From: an uncultured Bacteriovoracaceae bacterium
GTDB lineage: Bacteria; Bdellovibrionota; UBA1018
Assembly (NCBI GenBank): GCA_964358645.1
Contig: CAYHPW010000004.1
Location: 25,889 to 89,888, forward strand
Length of the DNA stretch: 64,000 bases
Direction: 5' to 3'
Notes under the pieces: generated by a model
Databases searched by the model: none
Seen by the model: the letters and a program-made list of their open reading frames with translations, nothing else
Told to the model about the DNA's origin: nothing
Made by a program: the position numbers and the translations under genes
Shown: one piece after another, positions 18,830 through 27,745 of the stretch
Numbering within the stretch: the stretch's first letter is position 1
Layout of the letters: every line of letters begins with the position of its first letter

Positions 18830-19612
18830 TCAATTACCAGTCCATTTAGGCTGACGCTTCTCCGTAAAGGCCCTGATCCCTTCAACCGCATCATGAGTGC
18901 TCATCAAATCAGCCAGATACAAGGACTCAAGTTTTGAAATCCATTGACTGTAATGATCCGCAAGTGTCATACGCGATGCTTGATTTGCTATACGCAGGGA
19001 CGAAGCACTCTTAGGCAAAATACACTTATCAATAAATGCCGCCACCGCAGCATCAAGACCACCGGTATCACAAACTTTCGTCACCAACCCTGCCTGCATA
19101 AGTTCAGCAGCACCAGCTCGCTCGCCGGTTAAAATCATCTGCTGGGACATGAATCCCCCTCCCAAAAATGGTAATAAAGCGGCAGCAACGGGCGGAAAGA
19201 CCCCAAGATGTATCTCGGGCACGGCGAACTTTGCATTTGGATCCGCGAATATGAAACCACATGCCAGCGCCAATTCAAATCCTCCACCAAGGCAAAAACC
19301 CTGCACCTGCGCAAGCGTCGGGACTTTGCAGCCTATCAGATCACCAATCATCCGGTGAAATGCTGGCAGCATTCCACCGACCTTCTCCGGCAGATGCTCT
19401 TCAACGCTGGCACCGAATGAAAAATTCTGCCCGACCGACCCTATAATTACCAGCTTGGTAGCAGCGTCCTTTTCGCTATCAGCAAGCGCAGCCTGGATCT
19501 CCGCTATCATCTTGGCAGTAAGGACATTTGACGGCGGGGAGTTGAGCAGAATTGCCTTCACCTGGCCGTCATACCGATTTTCATATTTGATTAGCTGTGA
19601 GTTCATGTTCAT
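18830..19612 (-). CDS. dch: Crotonase-family hydratase, cyclohexa-1,5-diene-1-carbonyl-CoA hydratase (Dch)-like
   Basis: 260 aa (Dch about 28 kDa). FSFGASVEEH and QGFCLGGGFELALACG crotonase motifs. Placed between oah-like and bcr genes. Confidence 0.65.
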   Translation of the reverse strand: MNMNSQLIKYENRYDGQVKAILLNSPPSNVLTAKMIAEIQAALADSEKDAATKLVIIGSVGQNFSFGASVEEHLPEKVGGMLPAFHRMIGDLIGCKVPTLAQVQGFCLGGGFELALACGFIFADPNAKFAVPEIHLGVFPPVAAALLPFLGGGFMSQQMILTGERAGAAELMQAGLVTKVCDTGGLDAAVAAFIDKCILPKSASSLRIANQASRMTLADHYSQWISKLESLYLADLMSTHDAVEGIRAFTEKRQPKWTGN

Positions 19613-19617
19613 TTGCT

Positions 19618-20739
19618 TTACAGTTTATTTTCCACGCGGCCCTTGGGGAGGATCTCGTCCACAAGCTCATCCGTCCACGGCATTGCGTTCGCAAGCGCCC
19701 TTCTCAGCTTTATGAAATCAACTTCACGGTTATCCTTCGGACCTTCATTGAAGGCACGGAAACCAGCACGCGCCTCTGTCATCATATTGAGCGCTAGCCA
19801 AGACCGATTGGTTTCGCAATTCCTCTGCCAGTGTTCCAATTTTTTCTTCCTCAGTGATTCAATGGTCTTGATCAGGCACTCAGGCATTGTCATAGCAAGA
19901 GAAAATGCAAATTTCTCAACTTCGCGATCAAGCATGCTGAGATCGACGACGCACTCTCCCGCGATCTTCGCGGCCTCTGATTTTTTCTGCCCTGTCTTGA
20001 ATGAGCCATAGCATAGATTACCCCACTCATCGTGTTCCTCGGTATGCACAAAAGGATTTAATATGAACTTGCCTTCCTTGTTTTTTAAAACCGGCACTAC
20101 CTTGTTGATTAATCCTATGGATGCGGCCTTATGGGCTGACCACGGCTCACACAGCACGCATGATTCGATGGCATGCCCGATCCCCACATATAAATGTAGA
20201 AAATCAGTTGATCCTCCATCAGGCGCCGACCCATGCTTCGGCCCCGCCTGCCCGAAACGCGCGGTATCAGCGGCAATCGAAAAATCACAGGCCATCCCGA
20301 TTTCCTGCCCGCCGCCGATCCTCATCCCGTTCACGCGGTTGATAACGGGCTTATCACACGTGAGAATCGTGGTTACCATGTCATTAAAAAGCCGCATGTA
20401 TTGCTTATATTCCTGCGGATTGCCGGCATAATATTCAGCATATTCCTTGGTATTCCCGCCGGTGCAAAATGATTTATCGCCAACAGCGGTAAAAACTACT
20501 GAAACCGCCGAACGATCACAGGAGGCCTCGCGGAAGGCCAATATTATTTCTTTAACTGCTTGGGTCGTATATGAATTAAACTGGCTTGGGTTGTTAATAA
20601 TGATCCAGTGGTTCACCAACCCTTCGATCGGCTTGCCGCTATGATCTAAGAGCGGCCGGCGCTCCACCTTGATATCTTTAAATTTGTACTCAGCAACCAG
20701 ATTGTGATCCTTTATATTGTCATGCATACTATTTGACAT
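19618..20739 (-). CDS. oah: 6-oxocyclohex-1-ene-1-carbonyl-CoA hydrolase (Oah/BamA)-like ring-cleaving crotonase
   Basis: 373 aa, an unusually long crotonase-fold protein (FCTGGNTKEYAEYY, MRIGGGQEIGMACD). Size and context match Oah/BamA. Confidence 0.65.
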   Translation of the reverse strand: MSNSMHDNIKDHNLVAEYKFKDIKVERRPLLDHSGKPIEGLVNHWIIINNPSQFNSYTTQAVKEIILAFREASCDRSAVSVVFTAVGDKSFCTGGNTKEYAEYYAGNPQEYKQYMRLFNDMVTTILTCDKPVINRVNGMRIGGGQEIGMACDFSIAADTARFGQAGPKHGSAPDGGSTDFLHLYVGIGHAIESCVLCEPWSAHKAASIGLINKVVPVLKNKEGKFILNPFVHTEEHDEWGNLCYGSFKTGQKKSEAAKIAGECVVDLSMLDREVEKFAFSLAMTMPECLIKTIESLRKKKLEHWQRNCETNRSWLALNMMTEARAGFRAFNEGPKDNREVDFIKLRRALANAMPWTDELVDEILPKGRVENKL

Positions 20740-20760
20740 TTAAGCCTCCTCCTTTTTATC

Positions 20761-21834
20761 TCAAGTTTGTGGCACCAAAACGGCTCTTTTATCAAGTCTA
20801 TGTGCATGAGCCATTTCTAAAACTTCATTTATTGAATCAAGTGGATATGACTTCACATTGTCGGCGACCTTGATCCCGCCGTCCAATGTAGCCTTCACAA
20901 CGTTTGTGTAATACTGCGGCTTGCAGCCCCAGTTACCAAAAACATCAGCATCAAAAGCCATGATATTGCTTAAACGAACGGGTAGCTTTTCCATCGTGAA
21001 TCCAACAATCCCCAAGGTCCCGGCAAATGTAAGGAGCGAGAACCCAAGACTTTGCCCGGCAGATGACCCGCTGGTTTCAAAGATTCTCCATTGGAAACGC
21101 GGCAGCCCTGAGTCAGCCACAATTCGCCGTATCGAATCTTTTATGTCCTTTTCCTGCATGCCTGCCGTGCTGATCACATAATCAGCGCCCTGTGATAGCG
21201 CCCACTGAAGTTTATTCTCATCTATATCCAAAGCTATTACTTTGGCACCGGCGTTTTTTGCATGCTGAACCATGTAAATACCGATACCACCGACTCCGAT
21301 GACAATAGCCAGCTCCCCTGATTTAAGACCGCTCCTTATCAATGCCTGGTACGGAGTAGTCACGGCATCCGCGATCACCGAAAGCTGCCAAAGTTCATTG
21401 CCTTTGAGATCCTGCGGTAGCTCACAGACATACTTTCCTGGCACTACGATATGGCTTGCAAACCCTCCATGAAAATCATTCCCAGGCATTTTTTGCTTCT
21501 GGCAGATATTATCTCTCCCAGCCCTGCAAAGTTCACATTCACCGCACGGAAGCACGGCTGGTATGATGACTTTTTTCCCTTCAATTAAACTGAGCCCAGC
21601 CGCGGCGCCAGAAGCTACAATGGCACCGCTAATTTCGTGCCCCAAGACGAGTGGCAGGGGATGTTTTGTCTTCACCGACCCGTTCAAAAATGTGATATCA
21701 GTATGGCAAAGCCCGCATCCTGCAACCTTTACGGCGATGTGGCCCGGCGGCAGATCTTCTATGACAAAATCCTTTTTTTCAAGTTTCTGGCCGACTTCCC
21801 GCATGAAATAACCATAGGCATTTATCTTATTCAT
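20761..21834 (-). CDS. had: Zn-dependent alcohol dehydrogenase, 6-hydroxycyclohex-1-ene-1-carbonyl-CoA dehydrogenase (Had)-like
   Basis: 357 aa. GCGLCHTDI and GHEISG zinc-ADH motifs, GVGGIGIYMVQ Rossmann. Context with oah/dch. Confidence 0.7.
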   Translation of the reverse strand: MNKINAYGYFMREVGQKLEKKDFVIEDLPPGHIAVKVAGCGLCHTDITFLNGSVKTKHPLPLVLGHEISGAIVASGAAAGLSLIEGKKVIIPAVLPCGECELCRAGRDNICQKQKMPGNDFHGGFASHIVVPGKYVCELPQDLKGNELWQLSVIADAVTTPYQALIRSGLKSGELAIVIGVGGIGIYMVQHAKNAGAKVIALDIDENKLQWALSQGADYVISTAGMQEKDIKDSIRRIVADSGLPRFQWRIFETSGSSAGQSLGFSLLTFAGTLGIVGFTMEKLPVRLSNIMAFDADVFGNWGCKPQYYTNVVKATLDGGIKVADNVKSYPLDSINEVLEMAHAHRLDKRAVLVPQT

Positions 21835-21849
21835 AAATCACCTTCATAA

Positions 21850-21873
21850 CCCCCCCCGAACAAACGTTCGTTC
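21850..21873. promoter_or_regulatory. Divergent promoter region element: C8 homopolymer followed by imperfect inverted repeat GAACAAACGTTCGTTC
   Basis: Lies in the 87-bp spacer between divergent had-like and gcdH genes. Half-sites GAACAAAC and GAACGAAC form a candidate regulator operator. Confidence 0.3.
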
Positions 21874-21921
21874 GATTTTTGATATTCAAACCAAAGGCAC
21901 ATGTCGAGTTAAAAATTTCTC

Positions 21922-23166
21922 ATGCTGAGAAAAAAACTATTGTCTATGGCGCGAGGATTTATAATACTCCACTACCGCATGAAAACAACAACACATAAGT
22001 CTGCTGAGCCACGCGAGCCGATTTTAGATGTATACGAATTAGATGACGACTGGTCAGAGGAGCAAAAAACTTTGATCAGACAAGTCAGGCGATTTGTTGA
22101 TCAGGAAATACTGCCAATCATGCGCGAGCATCACACGCAAGGCACATTCCCAGTCCAATTACTTCCAGGCATCGCGCGTCTTGGTATCTTGGAAGCCGTC
22201 GCCTCCGGCGACATAGACCCGATCACATACGGGCTTGCAATGCGGGAACTCGAGCGTGGAGGTTCGGAAATCCGGAGCCTTGCCAGCGTCCAAGGCTCGC
22301 TCGTGATGTCGGCAATCTCGATGTTTGGTTCCGCTGAACAAAAAAAAATCTGGCTTGAGCCGCTCGGTAAATTGGAATCAATCGGTTGTTTCGGCCTTAC
22401 TGAATCAGACTTCGGCAGCAACCCATCAGGTCTGCGCACCCGCGCCGAAGAGCACCAAAACTCTTACCGTATAACAGGCAGCAAGTGCTGGATAACCAAC
22501 GGCACGATGGCGGATGTCGCGATAATCTGGGCCCACTGCAACAACAAAAGCATAAGAGGCTTTCTTGTTGAAACAGATCGCAAAGGCTTCGAAGCAAGAG
22601 CCATAAAAGGCAAATGGAGCTTTCGCGCGAGTGACACAGCCGAGCTGTTCCTTGACAATGTGGAGGTGCCAAAATCAGCTCTTCTTCCCGAATCAACATC
22701 AGTAGGCAGCGCGCTTGCTTGCCTCAATCAGGCCAGATATGGCATCGCATGGGGGGTTATTGGAGCCGCTGCCGCGTGTATCGACGAAACCAGGCGCCAC
22801 CTTTTGGGGCGTCCGCAATTTGACGGAAAACCGCTCGCGTCCCACCAGCTCATTCAAAGCAAGCTTGCATGGATGGCGACCGACCTTACAGCCATGCAGC
22901 TTATAGCCAAGCGCCTCGGGGAATTAAAGCGCGACGGACGCGAACACTCGCACCATGTTTCGTTGGCAAAAATGAACAATTGCCGCAAAGCACTTGAAAT
23001 ATCGCGATGCTGCCGCGAACTGCTCGGGGCGAGCGGGATCCATGACGAGCACCACGTGGGCAGGCACATGGTCAACCTTGAAACCGTCGTGACTTACGAA
23101 GGCACAGAACATATCCACTCGTTGGTACTCGGCCACTACATGACGGGGATACGGGCATTTTCCTGA
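21922..23166 (+). CDS. gcdH: Glutaryl-CoA dehydrogenase (acyl-CoA dehydrogenase family)
   Basis: 414 aa. ACAD fold with GcdH-like C-terminus YEGTEHIHSLVLGHYMTGIRAFS, CFGLTESDFGSN, CWITNG. A later start at 21979 (MKTTTH) is possible. Confidence 0.75.
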   Translation: MLRKKLLSMARGFIILHYRMKTTTHKSAEPREPILDVYELDDDWSEEQKTLIRQVRRFVDQEILPIMREHHTQGTFPVQLLPGIARLGILEAVASGDIDPITYGLAMRELERGGSEIRSLASVQGSLVMSAISMFGSAEQKKIWLEPLGKLESIGCFGLTESDFGSNPSGLRTRAEEHQNSYRITGSKCWITNGTMADVAIIWAHCNNKSIRGFLVETDRKGFEARAIKGKWSFRASDTAELFLDNVEVPKSALLPESTSVGSALACLNQARYGIAWGVIGAAAACIDETRRHLLGRPQFDGKPLASHQLIQSKLAWMATDLTAMQLIAKRLGELKRDGREHSHHVSLAKMNNCRKALEISRCCRELLGASGIHDEHHVGRHMVNLETVVTYEGTEHIHSLVLGHYMTGIRAFS

Positions 23167-23208
23167 TAGAAATCCCAGCCTCTATTCGTTAAAATATTAA
23201 AGAAGGGA

Positions 23209-23643
23209 GTGGGATTGATACATCACTTAGAAAAAGATGCGGATCTTGCGCTTTTTAGCGGTGAAATACAACTTCTGGTTGCGGCACTTTACCGTAACGA
23301 AAGACCGCTTTACGGCTTGGCCGGCCTACTTGACTGGAGATTCCGCGGGCTGATCTCTGATTACATACGTTCTGGTTTTTTTTCAGGGGAAGCAGGTGAA
23401 TGCATCTATCTACCACTGATTCACAACGACTTGTTTTACCACATCATGCTGTTAGGAGTTGGCGACACTGACCGCCCCGGAACCAGGAAGATGGTCACTC
23501 AACATCCTCTACAGATCTTGCATAAAAATCTGGTATCACTTCGCAACAGCCGTGTCGCGGTTTCCCGCACTGACTTTGGGAATGCCAATGACAATTTCTT
23601 TTCAGAAAACCTGCCGGAGGTACCTTTATGGATCGTTCATTGA
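23209..23643 (+). CDS. Hypothetical protein (first gene of overlapping 5-gene operon)
   Basis: 144 aa with a GTG/TTG start downstream of an AGAAGGGAG RBS. No recognizable domain. Its stop overlaps the next ORF. Confidence 0.5.
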   Translation: MGLIHHLEKDADLALFSGEIQLLVAALYRNERPLYGLAGLLDWRFRGLISDYIRSGFFSGEAGECIYLPLIHNDLFYHIMLLGVGDTDRPGTRKMVTQHPLQILHKNLVSLRNSRVAVSRTDFGNANDNFFSENLPEVPLWIVH

Positions 23644-24029
23644 AGGAAGCGCTTTCAATTTTATCCTCGCTAGCCGACATCACGAAACAAAGCCTTGCAG
23701 GCATGAAGCATAAGTTCATACCTAAAAAACCGCTTATAGCGGCTCCCACAGCCGCTCCGACTCCACGTACAACCGCCACACTGACCTCACGCACAGAATA
23801 CAAGCCAGCCCTAAGCGACAAAATGGTTGTCGAAGCTTTACTTGAACTTAAGCAAAAATTAGGTGACAAACCCCCGCCTGAGCCTTCGAATTTTACACCA
23901 GTATCCCCCCCACGCGTAGAAGCAACGATTAAACATAATCCGCTATCACGCGGGACCGCGCGCAAAGGCGATGAGACAGCCTTCCCTATTTACAGATCCA
24001 CCAAAAAAGATAATGAAGACAAAATATAA
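23628..24029 (+). CDS. Hypothetical Pro/Thr-rich protein
   Basis: 133 aa with a low-complexity PTAAPTPRTTATLT...PPPEPSNFTPVSPP segment. Overlaps its neighbours on both sides. Confidence 0.45.
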   Translation: MDRSLKEALSILSSLADITKQSLAGMKHKFIPKKPLIAAPTAAPTPRTTATLTSRTEYKPALSDKMVVEALLELKQKLGDKPPPEPSNFTPVSPPRVEATIKHNPLSRGTARKGDETAFPIYRSTKKDNEDKI

Positions 24030-24651
24030 GGATGCCTTTTTACGCTGGAAGGCACTGGGCAGAAGGCACGATGCATCCGTACTGAAACTTGCCATACTCA
24101 GGAACATGAGCCGGGACGTCCACGCGCAAAAATCAAGGGACCTTTCAAGCAGCTCGCCGGGCGAGACAAGTGAAAATGACGCCGTTCTTTTGGAATTAGA
24201 ACGTATTCTTGATAATTTAAGAAGCTCCACGCTTGATAGCAATGATCTCGAAACCTTGCTTAAAAATACCGCACCACCACTCGCTGAGCGCACGCTCCCA
24301 AAAGGGCTTCTCGCGATTATTCCATCAGAAAAACTGCTACGTCGCGACAGGGTCTGGGAAGCCGCCATCATCGCGGAAGGACTGAATTACCATTGGCACA
24401 TATGGACACTTTCCGCGTCAATCCCGGTCGCTGAAGTTGAAAATTGGAACAACATCCTTGCTGATATTTTGTGGCCCGGCGGTATCCTTTTATATGTTGA
24501 AAGCCAAGACGACGGAACAAACGGCAAAACATGGCATGGCAAGTGGATCACGCTGCTTGCTCCTGAAATAGATCCATTAAAATTCCAGGCAAAATTGCAA
24601 ACATTTGATTCGAAACCACCGGTGTGGGAACTTATATATCCAGCGACATGA
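24013..24651 (+). CDS. Hypothetical protein
   Basis: About 212 aa from ATG 24013 (MKTKYKDAF...); the track ORF starts at 24 aa upstream at 23971. No TM segment and no known domain. Confidence 0.45.
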   Translation: MKTKYKDAFLRWKALGRRHDASVLKLAILRNMSRDVHAQKSRDLSSSSPGETSENDAVLLELERILDNLRSSTLDSNDLETLLKNTAPPLAERTLPKGLLAIIPSEKLLRRDRVWEAAIIAEGLNYHWHIWTLSASIPVAEVENWNNILADILWPGGILLYVESQDDGTNGKTWHGKWITLLAPEIDPLKFQAKLQTFDSKPPVWELIYPAT

Positions 24652-25154
24652 GACTAGTTAGATTTTTAATCCATGTGCTTGAGGCGCATGCAGAAACACT
24701 TAAAAGGCTTGCTGAAATCATCGGCGAAGATGCGCTGCTAAACGCGCTGGAAAACATGAACGCTCCCAACCCACAAAATCCTGGAAAAATCACCACTCTG
24801 GAAACCAACACGCCAACAGACGCGCCACCATACGATGAGTTGCAATCAACCGTGGCTGACTTTAAACTTTCTCCAGCGTTAGAAGACCACCTATGGTCCT
24901 ACCCATATTATCGGATGATAATCGAAAGCATGGCTGATCTTAATATGCAGCTTGATACTGGCCACAGTGAGTCACAAAACTCAGCGCGACAAATGGTTGA
25001 AGAAGCGTTTGATTATTCCCGCATTTGGATCAAATCATTAAAACCGCCCTTGGACTTCCCCGGTAAAGATACGGTTTCACAGGCTGCATGGCTGCAGTTT
25101 AGGAGTACGATACTGCGCAGACTAGGCTACCGACCACTTTCTCCTACTGCTTGA
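24648..25154 (+). CDS. Hypothetical protein
   Basis: About 168 aa. ATGA-type coupling with the upstream stop (gacATGAgac). Sequence MRLVRFLIHVLEAHAETLKRL... Confidence 0.45.
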   Translation: MRLVRFLIHVLEAHAETLKRLAEIIGEDALLNALENMNAPNPQNPGKITTLETNTPTDAPPYDELQSTVADFKLSPALEDHLWSYPYYRMIIESMADLNMQLDTGHSESQNSARQMVEEAFDYSRIWIKSLKPPLDFPGKDTVSQAAWLQFRSTILRRLGYRPLSPTA

Positions 25155-25189
25155 ACATAGCATCCCAGTTATATAATATCCCACTTTGT

Positions 25190-26074
25190 ATGCACTGGAG
25201 CGCTGCCATTTCAACAAATCGAAAATTCCCACGGTCATTTGTGTTTGCATTGATTGCAGCGCTTACACTGCATATATTTTTCCTCCTGCAAAAGTTACAT
25301 TGGACGACATCATCGCCGCCACGCGTTCCGCCACACATTCCGATGGAACAAATCGACATGAAAAAAATCGAAGCCATCAAGCAACGCTGGAAGCAACTCG
25401 TACTCTCAAAAGACAAGACCCCTTCTGAACAGACAGCCCCAAAAGATGCTAAATACATGTCAGACAAAAATAGAAGTGTGGAAAAAGAACAGCGTGCAAG
25501 AAATACATCCATACTGCCGGGCTCCACCACCCAAAGCCAGCCCATTGAAAAATCTGCCGATAGACCCACTAAACAATTGAATCTCGGCAAGTTCGGCATC
25601 CCATTGCGCATGAAACAAGTCGCGCCATACATGCAGTATGCGAAGGGAACACAAGGGGATCAGTACATCCACGCACCTGAGCTACCGGAGGGGGGCGAAA
25701 ACCTGCTCAACACGCAGGAGTCGGTCTATTACTCGTTTTATGCAAGAATGTATGAGGCTATCGCGCCTGTTTGGCAAAGCCGGGTCAGGGAAATTTCTTA
25801 TCAATATCGGCTCAAATCCGGTGAATACAACACTGTTGTCGACATAGTGCTTGATAGAAAAGGCAATGTTACAGCCATACGACTGCTTGAGAGCTCAGGT
25901 GTATACGAGCTTGACTATGCGGTTGAAAACTCGTGGTTCAAGATAGCAAGATTCCCCAACCCGCCACATGGGCTACTGGACAATAACGACGAAGTCCACA
26001 CCGGCTGGACTTTCAGGGTTGATATCGGCAACAACGCCGGGTTTCAATTCCTCCCGCCGGAGAGAAATTATTGA
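25190..26074 (+). CDS. TonB C-terminal-domain-like membrane-anchored protein
   Basis: N-terminal TM helix FVFALIAALTLHIFFLL, then a hydrophilic spacer and a C-terminal segment YSFYARMYEAIAPVWQ...YNTVVDIVLDRKGNVTAIRLLESSGVYELDYAVENSW...FPNPP resembling the TonB_C fold. The track gives a TTG start at 25151. Confidence 0.5.
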   Translation: MHWSAAISTNRKFPRSFVFALIAALTLHIFFLLQKLHWTTSSPPRVPPHIPMEQIDMKKIEAIKQRWKQLVLSKDKTPSEQTAPKDAKYMSDKNRSVEKEQRARNTSILPGSTTQSQPIEKSADRPTKQLNLGKFGIPLRMKQVAPYMQYAKGTQGDQYIHAPELPEGGENLLNTQESVYYSFYARMYEAIAPVWQSRVREISYQYRLKSGEYNTVVDIVLDRKGNVTAIRLLESSGVYELDYAVENSWFKIARFPNPPHGLLDNNDEVHTGWTFRVDIGNNAGFQFLPPERNY

Positions 26075-26079
26075 GAGAG

Positions 26080-26880
26080 TCACATCGCCTGCCAGGCTAG
26101 TACGACCGCGACAACAATAAGCCATGCGATAAGAATCCACTGCACATCGGGTCTTTTCGTAAAAGCTGACAGCGCTTCCATGACTGACCGCTGTGAAGGG
26201 GCCTTGTGTAAATAACCCCTCTTGCAAACGCTGGACAGATCTTTCAAGAAACTCTCATCACTCGGCTGCGGGATCAGGGTTTCAACAGCAAAGTACACTT
26301 CACGCGCTAGAGCAAGCCCCCTTCTACATGAGTCACACGCCATAAGATGATTCTGCAAAAATATCCGTTCCGTGCCGTTTACGATTTCGTCATCAAGGAA
26401 TCTCTGTGTCCATGGTTTAGCGGGATCATACGAAGGACAGTGCGGCCCGCCCGAACCAGCACCTACTGGATACGATACACGCATCGCTGAAAACGCAAGG
26501 CGCGTCCTGGCGGACCAGGCGACTTCTTCAAGCCTGAGGGACATAGCCTCATTTCCGGCTGCATGTAAAATGCGGGAGAGGCGTGAATACGACCACTTCC
26601 CGAAATGTAGCGCAATCAATATGAAGCGCTCTTCCGCGGACAAGCGGAAAAACGAATGAGTATTCAACGAAGACCGCGCTGCTTTGGCACTTATGGAATC
26701 ACCTTCCCTGACGGCACGCTTAAGCAACGCAACCGCCGCACGTTCGACTGCGCGATCAGGTTCCAAGTCCAGTAAAGAAACTGCTGCCAGCGTCTCGGCC
26801 GTTGTATGCCTTGAGTCTTCCGGCTTTGGCCAGATACCGTTCCCAATAACTGAAAATGTTTTAAGGTCTTCCGTTCTCAC
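26080..26880 (-). CDS. Membrane-anchored zf-HC2 anti-sigma-factor-like protein with N-terminal sigma-70 region-4-like HTH
   Basis: 266 aa with a GTG start. HLMACDSCRRGL zinc-finger (H-x3-C-x2-C) anti-sigma motif and a C-terminal TM helix VQWILIAWLIVVAVVLAW. The N-terminal segment LSAEERFILIALHFGKWSYSRLSRIL resembles sigma region 4. No ECF sigma gene is adjacent. Confidence 0.5.
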   Translation of the reverse strand: MRTEDLKTFSVIGNGIWPKPEDSRHTTAETLAAVSLLDLEPDRAVERAAVALLKRAVREGDSISAKAARSSLNTHSFFRLSAEERFILIALHFGKWSYSRLSRILHAAGNEAMSLRLEEVAWSARTRLAFSAMRVSYPVGAGSGGPHCPSYDPAKPWTQRFLDDEIVNGTERIFLQNHLMACDSCRRGLALAREVYFAVETLIPQPSDESFLKDLSSVCKRGYLHKAPSQRSVMEALSAFTKRPDVQWILIAWLIVVAVVLAWQAM

Positions 26881-27003
26881 TTGCTATGTATAATCTTATG
26901 ACACCTGCGCGTAACGTAAATAGATAAAGTGAAAAAAATCTATAACCAGCTTTCATGTGGTTTCTTGTTTTATTTCAACTAGTTTTAGCGCCTGGCGTCA
27001 TTA

Positions 27004-27019
27004 TGGCCCCACCCTTGCA
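27004..27019 (+). promoter_or_regulatory. Candidate sigma-54 -24/-12 element TGGCCCCACCCTTGCA
   Basis: The GG (27005-6) and GC (27017-18) are separated by exactly the canonical 12 nt (consensus TGGCACG-N4-TTGCA). It lies only about 15 nt upstream of the lipoprotein ATG at 27034, so it could be coincidental or imply a near-leaderless transcript. Confidence 0.25.
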
Positions 27020-27033
27020 CCACCAGACAACAA

Positions 27034-27708
27034 ATGAAAACCAATAAATTTAACATTTTTTATGTATTTTTCGCACTTAACCTCATGCTGCTCGTAAGCG
27101 GCTGTGGTGGCTACAACGACTCAGCCAAAAGAAACCTTGCATCTACAGACGAAGCCACGGGAATGATGCTGCCTGATTCGACGGACTTGGGTGACATATC
27201 CAACCCCGGCTATAAAGCACCTGTAAAAAATTCTGCTGAAGAAATAAAAGGGGTTCCACCGCTTGAATTCCTGGTAAGCGGGGTGGGTTACACTACATAT
27301 TCATTAACGGTGAAAGCAAACAAAACGATTAAAATTAAATTTTCACCAGGCGTCCAGACTGAAAAAATACAAAACACAGGCTATTCTCCTCAATATTCAA
27401 TAATGGGTATTTATATTTCAGTAGGCAACGAAACCAAACCAACAGAAATGCTTAAAAATGGCCTCAATGGCCCAAATGGCGGAGACGCCGAAGTAAGCAG
27501 CGTTCTTGACTTCTCAAATGCATTTACAAAGACATGCTCAAAAACCGAGGCCACCTGCCGCCAGGATGTCAAGATAACCATAAGCAAACCCAACAACGAT
27601 TACGTATGCCTGAACTCAGGGTGGTACTGTCCTTGGACAAGGGTGCAGGAAGGCCACCCATGGAATGGGACACTCACAGTTCAGACGGACGACACCGACC
27701 CGATTTAA
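27034..27708 (+). CDS. Lipoprotein, hypothetical
   Basis: 224 aa. Signal peptide plus lipobox LLVSGCGG. C-terminal motif YCPWTRVQEGHPWNGTLTVQTD is paralogous to the next gene. Confidence 0.6.
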   Translation: MKTNKFNIFYVFFALNLMLLVSGCGGYNDSAKRNLASTDEATGMMLPDSTDLGDISNPGYKAPVKNSAEEIKGVPPLEFLVSGVGYTTYSLTVKANKTIKIKFSPGVQTEKIQNTGYSPQYSIMGIYISVGNETKPTEMLKNGLNGPNGGDAEVSSVLDFSNAFTKTCSKTEATCRQDVKITISKPNNDYVCLNSGWYCPWTRVQEGHPWNGTLTVQTDDTDPI

Positions 27709-27745
27709 TGCTGTAAAGAATTTTTACACTTGTAGGATATAAAAT

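Noticed and set aside
23495-23965. 156-aa minus-strand ORF, and similar minus ORFs at 23946-24371 and 25144-25632
   Set aside because: The plus-strand ORFs form a coherent overlapping operon with RBS and ATGA couplings. The minus ORFs have no supporting context; this was not proven experimentally.
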